NCBI GenBank assembly: GCA_947624365.1
Contig: CANQJY010000003.1
Coordinates: forward strand, 1-35,629
DNA from: an uncultured Clostridia bacterium
GTDB lineage: Bacteria > Bacillota > Clostridia > TANB77 > CAG-508
Length of the DNA: 35,629 bases
Direction: 5' to 3'
Positions 11,547-22,420 of this stretch are shown here, in pieces. The notes beneath the pieces were generated by a model that saw nothing but the letters and a program-made list of their open reading frames with translations, made no database searches and was not told the DNA's origin. A program made the position numbers and the translations under genes. Position 1 is the first letter of the stretch. The number at the start of each line of letters is the position of its first letter.

Positions 11547-11575
11547 ATTATAACATATATTGGACAATTTGTCAA
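11547..11575 (-). promoter_or_regulatory. Consensus sigma-A promoter for the G5-hydrolase gene
   Basis: Minus strand TTGACA (11575-11570), N17 ending in TGn, TATAAT (11552-11547). Confidence 0.8.
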
Positions 11576-11650
11576 ATTTTGCTACTTCTTGTCCTATTTG
11601 TGTTTAACGTTTTATAATATTATATTATGCTACGGAAATACGGGATATGC

Positions 11651-12436
11651 TTAAATTTTAAAAATTTTACATGTATTTTCAAATGTCATTTTGGCAACTG
11701 TATCTATTGGTAATTCTTTAGCTTCTGCAATTTTTTGTGCTACATATCGCACATTTCTTGAATCATTTCGTGTACCACGTACTGGTTCTGGTGCTAAATA
11801 TGGGCTGTCTGTTTCAATTAGTATTTTATCGTTTGGCACTAGGTTAATCATTTCATTTGCATTTTTAGAGTTCTTAAATGTAATTGGACCTGCAAAAGAA
11901 ATATAAAAACCTAATTTAAGAGCTTCTTTTATTAACTCTCTGTTTTGAGGGCAACAATGGAATACTCCTTTTTGGCTTACAGGGTTTTCTTTTAAAATAC
12001 TAATTGTATCTGTTATAGCATCTCTTGTATGGATAACTATTGGTAATTCTAACATATTTGCAAGTTGTATTTGTTTTATAAATGCTTTTTTCTGTAATTC
12101 TCTTTTGCTTTCATCTTTTTCCCAATAATAGTCTAGACCTATTTCTCCAATAGCTACTACATTTTGTCTGTTTGTTTTCACTATTTCTTCAATTTTAGAA
12201 ATGGTTTTCCACAATTCTTGTTCTTGTTGTGGAATATCATTTGGAGAAATTCCACATGTTGCATAAATCCAATCATATTTTTTTGCAAAATCAACTGCTT
12301 TTTGAGATGCTTCTAAACTATAACCAGCAGATATCACTTTTGTGATACCTGCTTTTTTTATTTCTTCTATAATTTTATCTCTGTCTACATCAAATTTTTC
12401 ATCATCTAAATGAGCATGACCGTCAAATAGTTCCAT
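11651..12436 (-). CDS. tatD: TatD family hydrolase (DNase)
   Basis: DGHAHL, IGEIGLDY, IVIHTR and ETDSPYLAP motifs. Start overlaps the acpS stop (TAATG). Confidence 0.95.
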   Translation of the reverse strand: MELFDGHAHLDDEKFDVDRDKIIEEIKKAGITKVISAGYSLEASQKAVDFAKKYDWIYATCGISPNDIPQQEQELWKTISKIEEIVKTNRQNVVAIGEIGLDYYWEKDESKRELQKKAFIKQIQLANMLELPIVIHTRDAITDTISILKENPVSQKGVFHCCPQNRELIKEALKLGFYISFAGPITFKNSKNANEMINLVPNDKILIETDSPYLAPEPVRGTRNDSRNVRYVAQKIAEAKELPIDTVAKMTFENTCKIFKI

Positions 12437-12819
12437 TAGTTTTCCCCTTTCTGCAATATGACTACATATGCTACTGCATAATTTTTACAATGTGAAATAC
12501 TAATATCAATACTTTCAAATAAGTCGTTATCTATTCCTTTTAAATGAATACAAGGCTTTCCTTGTTTATTATTTTCTACTTCGATATCTTTCCAACTAAT
12601 CGCATATTTATCTGGTAAATTAGTTGAAATAGCTTTGAAAGTAGCTTCTTTTGCAGCAAATCTTGCAGCATAATGTTGATACTTCTGGCTGTTTTTTGAT
12701 TCGCAATATGCAATTTCTTTTTCTGTATATACTTTCTCTAAAAAGTGTTTACCAATATCTTCTATTGATTTCTTTATTCTTTCTATTTCTATTATATCTG
12801 TTCCACAAAAAATTTTCAT
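12436..12819 (-). CDS. acpS: Holo-[acyl-carrier-protein] synthase
   Basis: GTDIIEIERI, AARFAAKEA and SISH motifs. 127 aa from ATG 12819; the longer ORF-track N-terminus is translated repeat DNA. Confidence 0.95.
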   Translation of the reverse strand: MKIFCGTDIIEIERIKKSIEDIGKHFLEKVYTEKEIAYCESKNSQKYQHYAARFAAKEATFKAISTNLPDKYAISWKDIEVENNKQGKPCIHLKGIDNDLFESIDISISHCKNYAVAYVVILQKGEN

Positions 12820-12848
12820 AATAACACTTCTTTCTGTTTGTTCACTTG

Positions 12849-12926
12849 TGTCCACTTTGGGACGGTCCTTTTTTGGACATTTGTGAAAATGTCCAAAAAA
12901 GGACCGTCCCAAAGTGGACATGGACA
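12849..12926. repeat. REP/REPIN-like doublet palindrome, locus 3
   Basis: Perfect 34-bp arms 12849-12882 / 12887-12920 with loop GTGA, plus an extra TGGACA (12921-12926) abutting the stop at 12927. Confidence 0.95.
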
Positions 12927-14450
12927 CTATTGTTGATTGTAGTAATTCATGTATAGGTCTTCTCCTAAATGCCATTTTCCAATAAAGTTTACTAGTAAGT
13001 AATCTTCTAAGTCATATTTTGGTTCTTGTATCACTTTTCCTGTGCTGTCTATTGAACCCCATTTTCCATCCTTTTTTATTCCTGCATAGCCATAGTCGTT
13101 TTGTTCTGTTGCATCATCATATTCATAATTTACTACAACATTGCCTTCTTTATCCACAAATCCATATTTTTCGTCTTGCTTGCTTACGAATAGTGTTCGA
13201 TTTGGGAAAATTTGATTTTCTTGTTTTTCTTCAAATTGTAATGTATAGTATTTTGTTTGGTCTTCCTCTTTTATTTTTATATAGCCTTCTTCTGTGTTGC
13301 ATTCTAATAACATTCCTGATTGTTTTGTTTTAAATGTATTGTCTAATATATCTGATTCATAATTTTCTTTTTCTGCTATGTATATATCTGCTTTTTTTTG
13401 ATATGTAATATTTGTATATTCTTGTTCTAACTTTTCGTTTCCTTGTAAATCTATTATTCCATATTTGTCATCTTTTTTATAAATTAAAATTCCGGTCTTT
13501 GCTTCTTTTAAATCATCATATTGGGCTTGTAATGTTACTTCTCCTGTTGTTTTCATTACACCATATTGATTTCCTTTTTTGAAAATTACACCATTATCTT
13601 GTAATTTTAATATTTGTGCAATTTCGTCAAATCCTGTTGTTAATACTTGTGTGCCTTCTTTGTCTACTAAAATTTGTTTTTTATTTTGTAAAACTACATA
13701 TAAATTATTTCCATATACTTGTGTTATACCTTCATATTCACATGGTAATATTATATTTGATGAATAGTCGATAATTCCATACTTTCCTTTATCGTCTTTT
13801 ACAATATATCCTGTTTTGCTATCTTCTCCTAATACTGAAATTTCAGCATATTGTGGTTCAACTATTATTTTACCATCATCACTTGCAATTCCATATTTTC
13901 CATCTTGTTTTATAAGAAGAGCATTTTTTATTCCTAAAATAGGTGTTATTTCATCATATTGAGGTAATAGTAGTTCTTTTCCTGTAAAGTCAATAAGTCC
14001 ATATTTCCCTGCTAATGAAACTTTTAAAACATTTTCTTCATACCATAAATGATTGTTGTCTTTGTTTGCAATTGCTTCTATTCCTTGATATTGAATTAAT
14101 ATTTCTTCATTTTTAGAGTTTAATGCTTTTGTTTGATAACTTCCTTTATCATAATCTACATCATATGTACATAAGAATATATCTGTTTTTGGGTCTGGGA
14201 TGACTACCATCTCTTCATATGATGGATCAATTACAATATTTCCGTTATTGTCAATAACTCCCCATTTTTCGTCTTGGTAAATTGGAAAATAGCTTTCACT
14301 TGTAATTTTTGTATTTGGTTCGTTTTTATCAAATAGTCCCTTTATAAAGTATATAAACATTATTACAATTATAATTGCTATTACAACTGCTAATACTTTT
14401 TTTAAATTTAACTTTGGTTCATTATCATATCTTCTTCCTCTATTTCCCAT
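12927..14450 (-). CDS. WG-repeat (KWG-type) membrane-anchored protein
   Basis: N-terminal TM, then repeated K(W/Y)G(V/L/I)ID..G...I.P.Y units. Confidence 0.85.
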   Translation of the reverse strand: MGNRGRRYDNEPKLNLKKVLAVVIAIIIVIMFIYFIKGLFDKNEPNTKITSESYFPIYQDEKWGVIDNNGNIVIDPSYEEMVVIPDPKTDIFLCTYDVDYDKGSYQTKALNSKNEEILIQYQGIEAIANKDNNHLWYEENVLKVSLAGKYGLIDFTGKELLLPQYDEITPILGIKNALLIKQDGKYGIASDDGKIIVEPQYAEISVLGEDSKTGYIVKDDKGKYGIIDYSSNIILPCEYEGITQVYGNNLYVVLQNKKQILVDKEGTQVLTTGFDEIAQILKLQDNGVIFKKGNQYGVMKTTGEVTLQAQYDDLKEAKTGILIYKKDDKYGIIDLQGNEKLEQEYTNITYQKKADIYIAEKENYESDILDNTFKTKQSGMLLECNTEEGYIKIKEEDQTKYYTLQFEEKQENQIFPNRTLFVSKQDEKYGFVDKEGNVVVNYEYDDATEQNDYGYAGIKKDGKWGSIDSTGKVIQEPKYDLEDYLLVNFIGKWHLGEDLYMNYYNQQ

Positions 14451-14469
14451 TTTGCTCCTCCTTGTTTTT

Positions 14470-16848
14470 CTATTTCTCTAAGAATTTAAATACTAGTATA
14501 CTCATGTCATCTTTTGCAACCCCATAATTATTGTCTATAGCTTCATTTAATATTAAATCTGCAATTTTTTTAGTGTTAGATGTTTCAATATCTTCTAATA
14601 CATATCTTAACCATAATTCTTTATTTTTATATTCTACATTAGAATCTAGAATTCCGTCTGAGCACATTACTACAATGTCTCCATTTATAATGTCTTTATC
14701 ATATACTTGTAAATTGCTATTTGGTACAATCCCTGCTGGAAGAGAATTTGATTTTATTATTTGCACTTTTCCTCCATTTTTTATATATGTAGGACATGCT
14801 CCACTTTTTATGAACTCAATGTTTCCTTTATATAAGTCAATAATTGCAATATCTAATGTTGCAAAAACTTCTTTATTTTGATTCATAAGGCTACTGTTGA
14901 TTAATTCTAAAGATGTTTCTTTTTGAAATCCTGCTAATAATAAATTTTCTAACATTTTTACTGCTTTGCTACTACTATTTCTTGCATCTTTTCCAGACCC
15001 CATGCCATCACTAATTGCAAGTAGATATTTTCCGTCTTTTAAACGAATATTTAATATGCTATCACCTGAAACTTCACTTTTGTCTTTTGCTGTATCTGCT
15101 GTTCCAATTGCCATAATAAATTTATCTTCTGATAAGAAATTTAGCCTATTCCCTAAGCTTTCTTCTTCGTTTAAAACAATTGGTTCTTTTAAAACATCAC
15201 TTAGAATTTTCTCGATTACGTCTATTTTATTTTTATGGATTTCTTCTATATATATTTCAATTAAGTATCTTTCTTGTTGTCTGATAGAAATTTCTTGTAT
15301 TGTAATTTCTTTTTGTTCTAGCAATTCTATAATTTGTAATTTTTCCTTTTCAAACTGACCTTCGCTTGAAATTTCTTTTTCAATATTTTTAGCTAAGCTT
15401 GAAATTGCTTTTGATACACCATTTAATTGGTTTTGCATATTTTTTTTGTTTTCTTCCATCTTCTTTTGCCATACAAAACTTGATTTGCTAATTTTATACG
15501 ACATGTTGATTACTCTAACCATTTGTGTAATGTTATCTTCTAAAAATTCACTAATTTGTTTGTCATCAAATCCAATAATATAGCTATTACAATCTGCAAA
15601 TATTTTTAATAGGTCTTCTCTTTTTATTTCTTGTTTGTCTGTCAAAAAATCAAATATTTTTTCTACAATTTTGCCATCTACATTAGATATATCATCATAT
15701 AACATGTTTTGCTCATAACCCCTTAAGTTATCTAATAATTCTGTGCTAAAAATTTGCAGGTTACTTTCTACAGGCAATTCTTTTTCTTCTTCGTTATATG
15801 ATTTTGCCATTTGTTCTATTGTTTGTGATACATTATTTAGTTTCTCTGCTGTTTTTTTACTCTGTGTTAATGCTCCATTTGGAACAGTTGGTAAATATTT
15901 TGAATTTCCAAAGAAGTCAGAAATATTTATTTCAATTGATTTTGGTATGGCTAATAAGCCTATTGAAGCAATTAGTATCTCCTTAAAATAAATTAATTCT
16001 ACTGTATATCCATTTGATACATATGCTAGTACAACATTTCCTAAACAGAATCCAATAATAACTCCTAATTTTCCAAAGCGATTTAGTATTCCTGCAAACA
16101 TTCCTGAAATTGCATATGTTGCTACCATTAATGGGTCTGCAGATGTGATTACTCCTAGTGTTACTCCTATTGTTACTCCTGCTGTTGTTCCTACTAATAC
16201 TCCATTTTTCCAACCTAAAATTAAAACTATTAAAATACTTAAAATATTGCGAATAGAAAATCCTAATATGTTAAATTCTCCAAAACATGTAAAGCTAATT
16301 GCAAGTAATAAACTTGCTCCTAATACTTCTTCAATTGAAAAGGCTTTGTGTTCTCCTATGCTTTGCAAAACATTTATTGAGTTTACAAATATTTTGTAAA
16401 AAACAACTGATATAATTGAAAAAGAAATTACTGATAATATATCATATATAGTAAATCCACTTAGTCCTATTTTTGCAATTCCTATTATTAATGTTGCAAT
16501 AAATATGTGTTTTGATAGGCGCATGTTTTCGTTTTTTTCTTCTTGATACATTGGTTTTATTATAAATGTTGAAATTATTAATAATATTGAGATTAATAAA
16601 TAATTTACTGCTCCTTCTACTCCAAATCCTATAATATTGCCTATTAGTCCGGTTAAAATTATTCCTAGAATGGGAACGGAGTTTGCCATACATGCTGACA
16701 TCATACTTATGCTAAATGGAGATACTTGTCCTCCTATTCCTACAATTGATATCATGAATGAAATGATATATAGTGGGATATATTGTAAAGAAAATACATT
16801 TGAAAAAATTGTTGTTTTTCTTTGTTCTATATTTATGTTTTGAAACAT
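14470..16848 (-). CDS. spoIIE: Stage II sporulation protein E (PP2C-type serine phosphatase)
   Basis: Multiple N-terminal TM segments and C-terminal PP2C motifs SGDS, ISDGMGSG, CSDGI and DDMS. Likely start ATG 16848 (GAGGTGG RBS). Confidence 0.9.
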   Translation of the reverse strand: MFQNINIEQRKTTIFSNVFSLQYIPLYIISFMISIVGIGGQVSPFSISMMSACMANSVPILGIILTGLIGNIIGFGVEGAVNYLLISILLIISTFIIKPMYQEEKNENMRLSKHIFIATLIIGIAKIGLSGFTIYDILSVISFSIISVVFYKIFVNSINVLQSIGEHKAFSIEEVLGASLLLAISFTCFGEFNILGFSIRNILSILIVLILGWKNGVLVGTTAGVTIGVTLGVITSADPLMVATYAISGMFAGILNRFGKLGVIIGFCLGNVVLAYVSNGYTVELIYFKEILIASIGLLAIPKSIEINISDFFGNSKYLPTVPNGALTQSKKTAEKLNNVSQTIEQMAKSYNEEEKELPVESNLQIFSTELLDNLRGYEQNMLYDDISNVDGKIVEKIFDFLTDKQEIKREDLLKIFADCNSYIIGFDDKQISEFLEDNITQMVRVINMSYKISKSSFVWQKKMEENKKNMQNQLNGVSKAISSLAKNIEKEISSEGQFEKEKLQIIELLEQKEITIQEISIRQQERYLIEIYIEEIHKNKIDVIEKILSDVLKEPIVLNEEESLGNRLNFLSEDKFIMAIGTADTAKDKSEVSGDSILNIRLKDGKYLLAISDGMGSGKDARNSSSKAVKMLENLLLAGFQKETSLELINSSLMNQNKEVFATLDIAIIDLYKGNIEFIKSGACPTYIKNGGKVQIIKSNSLPAGIVPNSNLQVYDKDIINGDIVVMCSDGILDSNVEYKNKELWLRYVLEDIETSNTKKIADLILNEAIDNNYGVAKDDMSILVFKFLEK

Positions 16849-17028
16849 CCTTACCACCTCTAAAACTTTTTTATGTGTATATTTTACTACTTGTCCTTTG
16901 TGTTTTTTGTCTTTTTTAGTCACTTAATTTAAAAAAGTTTTTTACAAAAAGTGATTCTTTGCAATTTTATTTTATTATATTTTATATAAAATTGCAATAA
17001 ATTTGAAAAATTTCTCAATGATATCGAC

Positions 17029-17059
17029 AAAAAGAGATATCTTATCGATACCTCTTTTT
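17029..17059. terminator. Intrinsic terminator after the surface-protein operon
   Basis: AAAAAGAG...TATC / GATA...CTCTTTTT imperfect hairpin 15 nt after the stop at 17074. Confidence 0.65.
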
Positions 17060-17073
17060 ATATTGAGTTATTT

Positions 17074-20000
17074 CTATTTAGTTAATTTTTTTCTTATGAA
17101 ATATACTCCTCCTGCAATTGCTACAAGTGCTGTTATTGCTACTCCAATGTATGGAATGTAATTTCTGTTACCACCTGTACTAGCTACAACTAAGACAGAT
17201 TCTGCCATACTACTATCTGGTTCATCTGCATTTTTAGCTTCTAAATCTGTTGTTTCTCCAGATGATGTGGTAGTTCTTTGAACTGAAGGTACATAGTTTC
17301 CACATGTAATATATTTACCATCTTCTGGATTTATTAATGGCATTCCTTTAACTTGCATTTCATTGTTGCTTTCATCTGTTTTTTCAACTTGTACAATTTC
17401 TACTTGGTTAACTACATTTGTATCAGATTGATCTTTTGCAGATGTCATACGTCTTTCTACTTCCATTTGAAGAGTTGTATTATCTCCTGGTGCTATTTTT
17501 TCGTTACCCAATTTTTCTGTTTTATATACAGATGTTTGTTTGATGTTCTTTGATTTAAGGACATCATCCATTACAATATCTTTTAAGCTATTTAAATCTG
17601 TTACTATAGTCCATCCATTATTTTCATTAGCTTCACTAGTTATTGCATAATTGGTTTGTTTATCTAAATAATCTACTATATTTGTAGGTGATATTTTAAT
17701 TACGTTTTCATCAAATAACTGTGATGCTGTTGTACCATATCTATAGAATTCAACTGTACTATAATCTTTTTCACTGTTGTTTGTAACTGTGAAATTGTAT
17801 GTTACTTCTAGCCTTACGTTTTGTAGCAATTCATCATCTAATTCTGATTTGATTTCAGTATTTCTACGTTGTGTCTGATCATCATTACCAATATAGGTTG
17901 TGTATGGTGCATCTTTTATAGCTGTACTTATACTAGGATCTGTTGGTCTTTTTTGTGCATTGATTATTTCCTCTTCTGATGATTTGCTTATTTTAAGTTT
18001 GCTTACACGTTTGTCTATCTCTATTGCTTGTATTGGTCTCTTAATTATTCCTAAGTTAATACCATCAACATCAAATTTTAATTGCCCATTCTTATGATTA
18101 GCATTTTTTATTTCTGAAGGGTCAATTTCTACTCCAAATACTAGAATTGGTGTATATGAATCCATAGTTTTTGGTATAGTATCTGGTATTATGTTATTTC
18201 CATTTGATATTGCATCATCAATCTTTTCCCTAATATATTCATTATCTACTGCATGTGTTAAATTTTTAGCCCTATTTTCATCTCTATAAAATGTTGGGTT
18301 TCTTGACTCATACTCATATCTATCTCTTGCAAAGATTGTTGATTTGTATGCTACAACTGAATATTTGTCATCTCCCCAAGTAAATTTAATACGATATTTA
18401 CCTGGTGTAAAGCCTTCTAGACTATATGTTCCATTTCCACTTGTTGTACTTACTATGTCTTTATTATTTTCATAATCTTTTGCTGTTTCGTAGTCACCTC
18501 ATTGATTTTCTTCTTCTAATGTTACTTTCACATTATTTATTATATCTTCACTTGCATCATATGCTCCATTACCTTGACGTATCTTTTCGTCATCTAATAA
18601 TTCTTGGATTGCTTCATCTTCAAATACATAACCACTAATTTGTCTTGCATCTTTTATCTGAAGTTTTACTGCTGGTGCTCTTCTTGTATCATCTTCATCA
18701 TCTAATGGATCTCCTGCAAGATCTACATTATCTAGAACTGCATCTTGGTCAACTGCCGCTGTAAGCAATTTTGTTCCTGTTCGTTCTCCTGTATTCTCAT
18801 TTATTTCATATTCATATGATGTGTAAGATGTGATTTCGGCTATACTTTCAAATTTATATTCATCTGCTATGTCATTTATTATTTCTGCAATTGCATCTCT
18901 TGATAATCTAAATTGAATGTATATAGATTTGATACCTAGGTTCTCTAATAACATTCCATCTCCTAGTGAGATATCAACAGCTTTATATTTTCCTCCAGCC
19001 ATTGTCCTTTCTTTATAGTTAGAAATTTCTGTACCTGCTTTTATATTACCGTTTTCATCAATCTCCGTTCCTATTTTTTCAATGCTATAGTTTCTATCAT
19101 AGTACTCTGCTATACTATTAATTCTTGAAGAAAGTATATTGCTTTGATTTTTTAGTCCTATTTTATATGTTAGTGTCATTGTTAATTCTTGATTTTTATT
19201 ACCTGTTTGATACATAGCATCTGCTTTGTATACTGGTTGTGCATAATCGTCATATTTTACACCAACATTCCATACTAGATCTTCATCGTTTTTAAAATCT
19301 TCTCCATTTAATAATGAACCATGTTTGTATACGTAATTATATCCTTTGATGCTTACCGTTGTACTTCTTAAGTCTTGAGCTACAGCTACATCAGCTTGTG
19401 GTCTTCTGTATAATCCTAAATTGAATCCTGTCAATTCTGTAATAACCTCTGGAGCTTCAGCATAATCATATTCTATTGGGCATTCTGCTCTGTTAGTGTC
19501 TGATGTGATATAACGCTCTGAATTTTCTATAAATGTTTTTTTGCCTCTTTCAGAAGTAGGCTCATATTCCACTTCTACTGTATTATTTTTTCCTTCGTCT
19601 TGAGCTTGTACTTTTCTGTTGCCATCCCTTCCTACTACATATGCAAACATATCATTATATTTAGAACGCATGTCTCCTTCTTTTGCTTTTGAACCATAAT
19701 TTTCAAGTAAATTGCTATACCATTCGCTTTCTGCTTCTCCTCCAAATGGTATTTTTTCACCATTCTCTTTTGCTAGTTCTATTGTTCTTGTTTTTATCTC
19801 TTCAGTTCTATCTGAGTATGCACGATTGCCTGCTAATTCATTCCATGGAATAACATTTTGATAAGTTAATCCATCATATTCAAACTGAATTTTGTAATGT
19901 CCTAATTCTTTTATTTCTAGTTTGCTAAATTTATATTTACCGTCAGCCCCTGTTGTTGCTGTAAATGGTCCTCTATTCAAATTTCCAGCAACTTCACCAT

Positions 20001-22401
20001 TTTCATTATATATTGGTGTTGAGTAAGTTACCTCTTCTCCATTTTCATATAATAGTTTTACTGTTATTCCTTCCATTAATTTATCATGGTCTTTAGCATT
20101 TGTTTTATAATATACATTATTTCTTACACTTGTTTTTCCTTCTGCTACATCTTCCCATACAAATCCAGATAGGTCAATATATTTTTGCTCATTTTCTATT
20201 ACATGATGCATTATTTTTCCATCTTTTGTCTCTATCTCATTACCATTTTTATCTAATATTTGTTCATTTATAAAATTTTTAGTTTCAATTGCTAGTTCAT
20301 TATCATATGTCTTAGTTATACGTATTGGTGTGTTTGGATCAAATTCATAATATCCATTTGGATTTTCTACTTCATATATTTCGAACATCTTATGCTCATC
20401 GTTTATATCCAAATTATAAATTGTTAACTCACCATTATCGTTTGTATGGAATCTTGTTGCTTCGCTTCTATTTTTAGTGTATTCTGTTACAGCATCATCG
20501 TTTTGATTATATTCTTGTCCATCCTGTTTTATGTATTCATTTGTAAGTACACTTCTTAATATAAATCCTACATTTTTTAATTTAGTTTCATGATGATATT
20601 TATCTACTTTTACTATACTGAAATTTGCTCTTGCTCTTATATTTTCTGCAGTTACTTCTGTTGGTTTTTCTGTATTCGGTATAACCGTGGCTTCCCATGG
20701 GTCATCTGGAAGGTCGTAGTCTTTCATCCATGTATATTTATCAGTAGGTAGATATACTTCATATATTAGATATTTACCCTTTATTAAACCTTTAATTAAA
20801 CTCTCTGAATTTTCATCAGTGTAGAAAATTGTTGCTTTATTTTCATTTTGAATGTAATTGTATCCTTCTTCTCCTTCTGGTTTTGTTTGAACCCATCCAT
20901 TAAACGATTCATATTGTTCATCTGCTCTCTTTAATTTAAATCCTACTCCTTCAAATTCTATTTCCTTATTATATTTATCTTCCTTAATTATTTTTAGGTC
21001 TCCTATTTGCTTTTCATTTTCAACAGAAACTGTTATTTCTGCTCCGAGTGTTACACTAAATGTTTTTAATGGCTTATCTGGATTTTCAATTACATATCCA
21101 TATATTGGATTTTTTGTTTCATAAAACTCATATTCGCCAATTTTAAGATTCCCAATTTTTGTTGGAGTATTTGCATCACTCGTAAATACCGTTGCTTTAT
21201 CTTTATTGGAATCATACTTAATTGTACCATCTTCGTTCTTAATTACCCATCCCAATGTTTTATGTTTTAACTTAAACTCTACTCCACCTATCATTTTTTC
21301 AGTTTTTTTATCAATTTTTTTAATATTTACTGGAGGAGTAGGAATCTCTATTGAATCATCCATTTTTGCGGTTTGTTGGCCATTACCATCCCAAGCTTTA
21401 GCAATTAATAAACCTTGGTTTCCCTTGCCTTGCAAGAACCATAATTCAGCATTTATAATTGGTGTTGTGCTATCTGCTCCAGCTTCAAAATGTATTTGCA
21501 ATTTTTCAAAATCTCTGTCATATATTGCTTTCTTTGTTAAGTATATATAGAAACTTGCTCCTCCTTTCATATTTATATCTCCGAAATTTACAGTTGCAAA
21601 TTGATTATCTTTCCAAATTAATAATTTATATTCATCATTAATCGCAAATTCTTTGCCATTTTCATCTTTTAATGTAAAACTACTCATATTTCCACTACAT
21701 TGATATGCTAGTGGTCCAATTAATAATCCATCTTCATTTTTTTGTATTGTATTTTCTTCTTTTTTAATAAAAGTTTTATTAATTTCAGTAACTAATTTTG
21801 TAATACCAGTAGTAACAACATTATTAAGGCCAGAAGCATACGTACCAGCATCTGCGTCCAAAGAATCTGCATTTGTTGGTTCTCCTCCCCAATACTGATC
21901 CACAAAATAATCATTGGTTAACCCCATATCATCTAACCACGTGTTTTCATTCTTAAATTCATTTTTATATCTCCATAAATTAATTTGAGTCCCATTAGTA
22001 TGATGTGTATATTGATCAGAAGGATCATACATTAGATGCTTTTTTTCCGCTTGTTTTATATAATACGCAAATTTTGCATTAATATCAGCTTCAGTTTTAA
22101 AATTACCATTTATATCATAAGCATCTTTTCCTACTATTTTCATATATCCTTTTAAAGTATACGTATTGTCACCATCAGTATCAATATGTCCCGCCTTTTC
22201 CATACAATATACATTAGTAGAGTTTAAAAATCTTTCAGAACCCACATTTGTTAATGTTATGGTTGACCCAATTCCATATTTTCCATTCAATATCTCATTA
22301 ACTCTATCCATAGATGACGCTTTTGATACTGTAGGCATAAATGTACATATGGATATTATAAATCCAATTATTAATATAATATATTTTTTTATTTTACTCA
22401 T
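17074..22401 (-). CDS. Large cell-surface protein (signal peptide, SpaA/Cna-B-like and SdrD-B-like domains, C-terminal TM anchor) with one internal in-frame TGA at 18499-18501
   Basis: ORFs 18499-22431 and 17074-18165 are in the same frame. The 111 intervening codons (18498-18166) have no stop and read GDYETAKDY...GNGTYSLEGFTPGKYRIKFTWG, completing the domain begun before the TGA. Start ATG 22401 with AGGAGG RBS. Could be a pseudogene. Confidence 0.75.
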
Positions 22402-22420
22402 TTTTTTCCCTCCTTTCTTC

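Noticed and set aside
12820-12975. N-terminal extensions of AcpS (and of MreC at 32517-32555) and recurring peptides such as [11 protein letters not shown] / LGRSFFGH
   Set aside because: They are translations of the repeat element. Downstream starts give normal-length proteins.
16880-17030. Spo0A boxes upstream of spoIIE
   Set aside because: Expected biologically, but only degenerate matches are visible (TGTCGAT on the minus strand at 17023-17029; TTGTC-like runs at 16891-16923), too weak to call.
18499-18501. TGA as selenocysteine or as full code-4/25 reassignment
   Set aside because: The context is not a redox Cys site and I see no SECIS-like hairpin. One internal TGA in ~11,000 codons is too few for a fully reassigned codon in an AT-rich genome.
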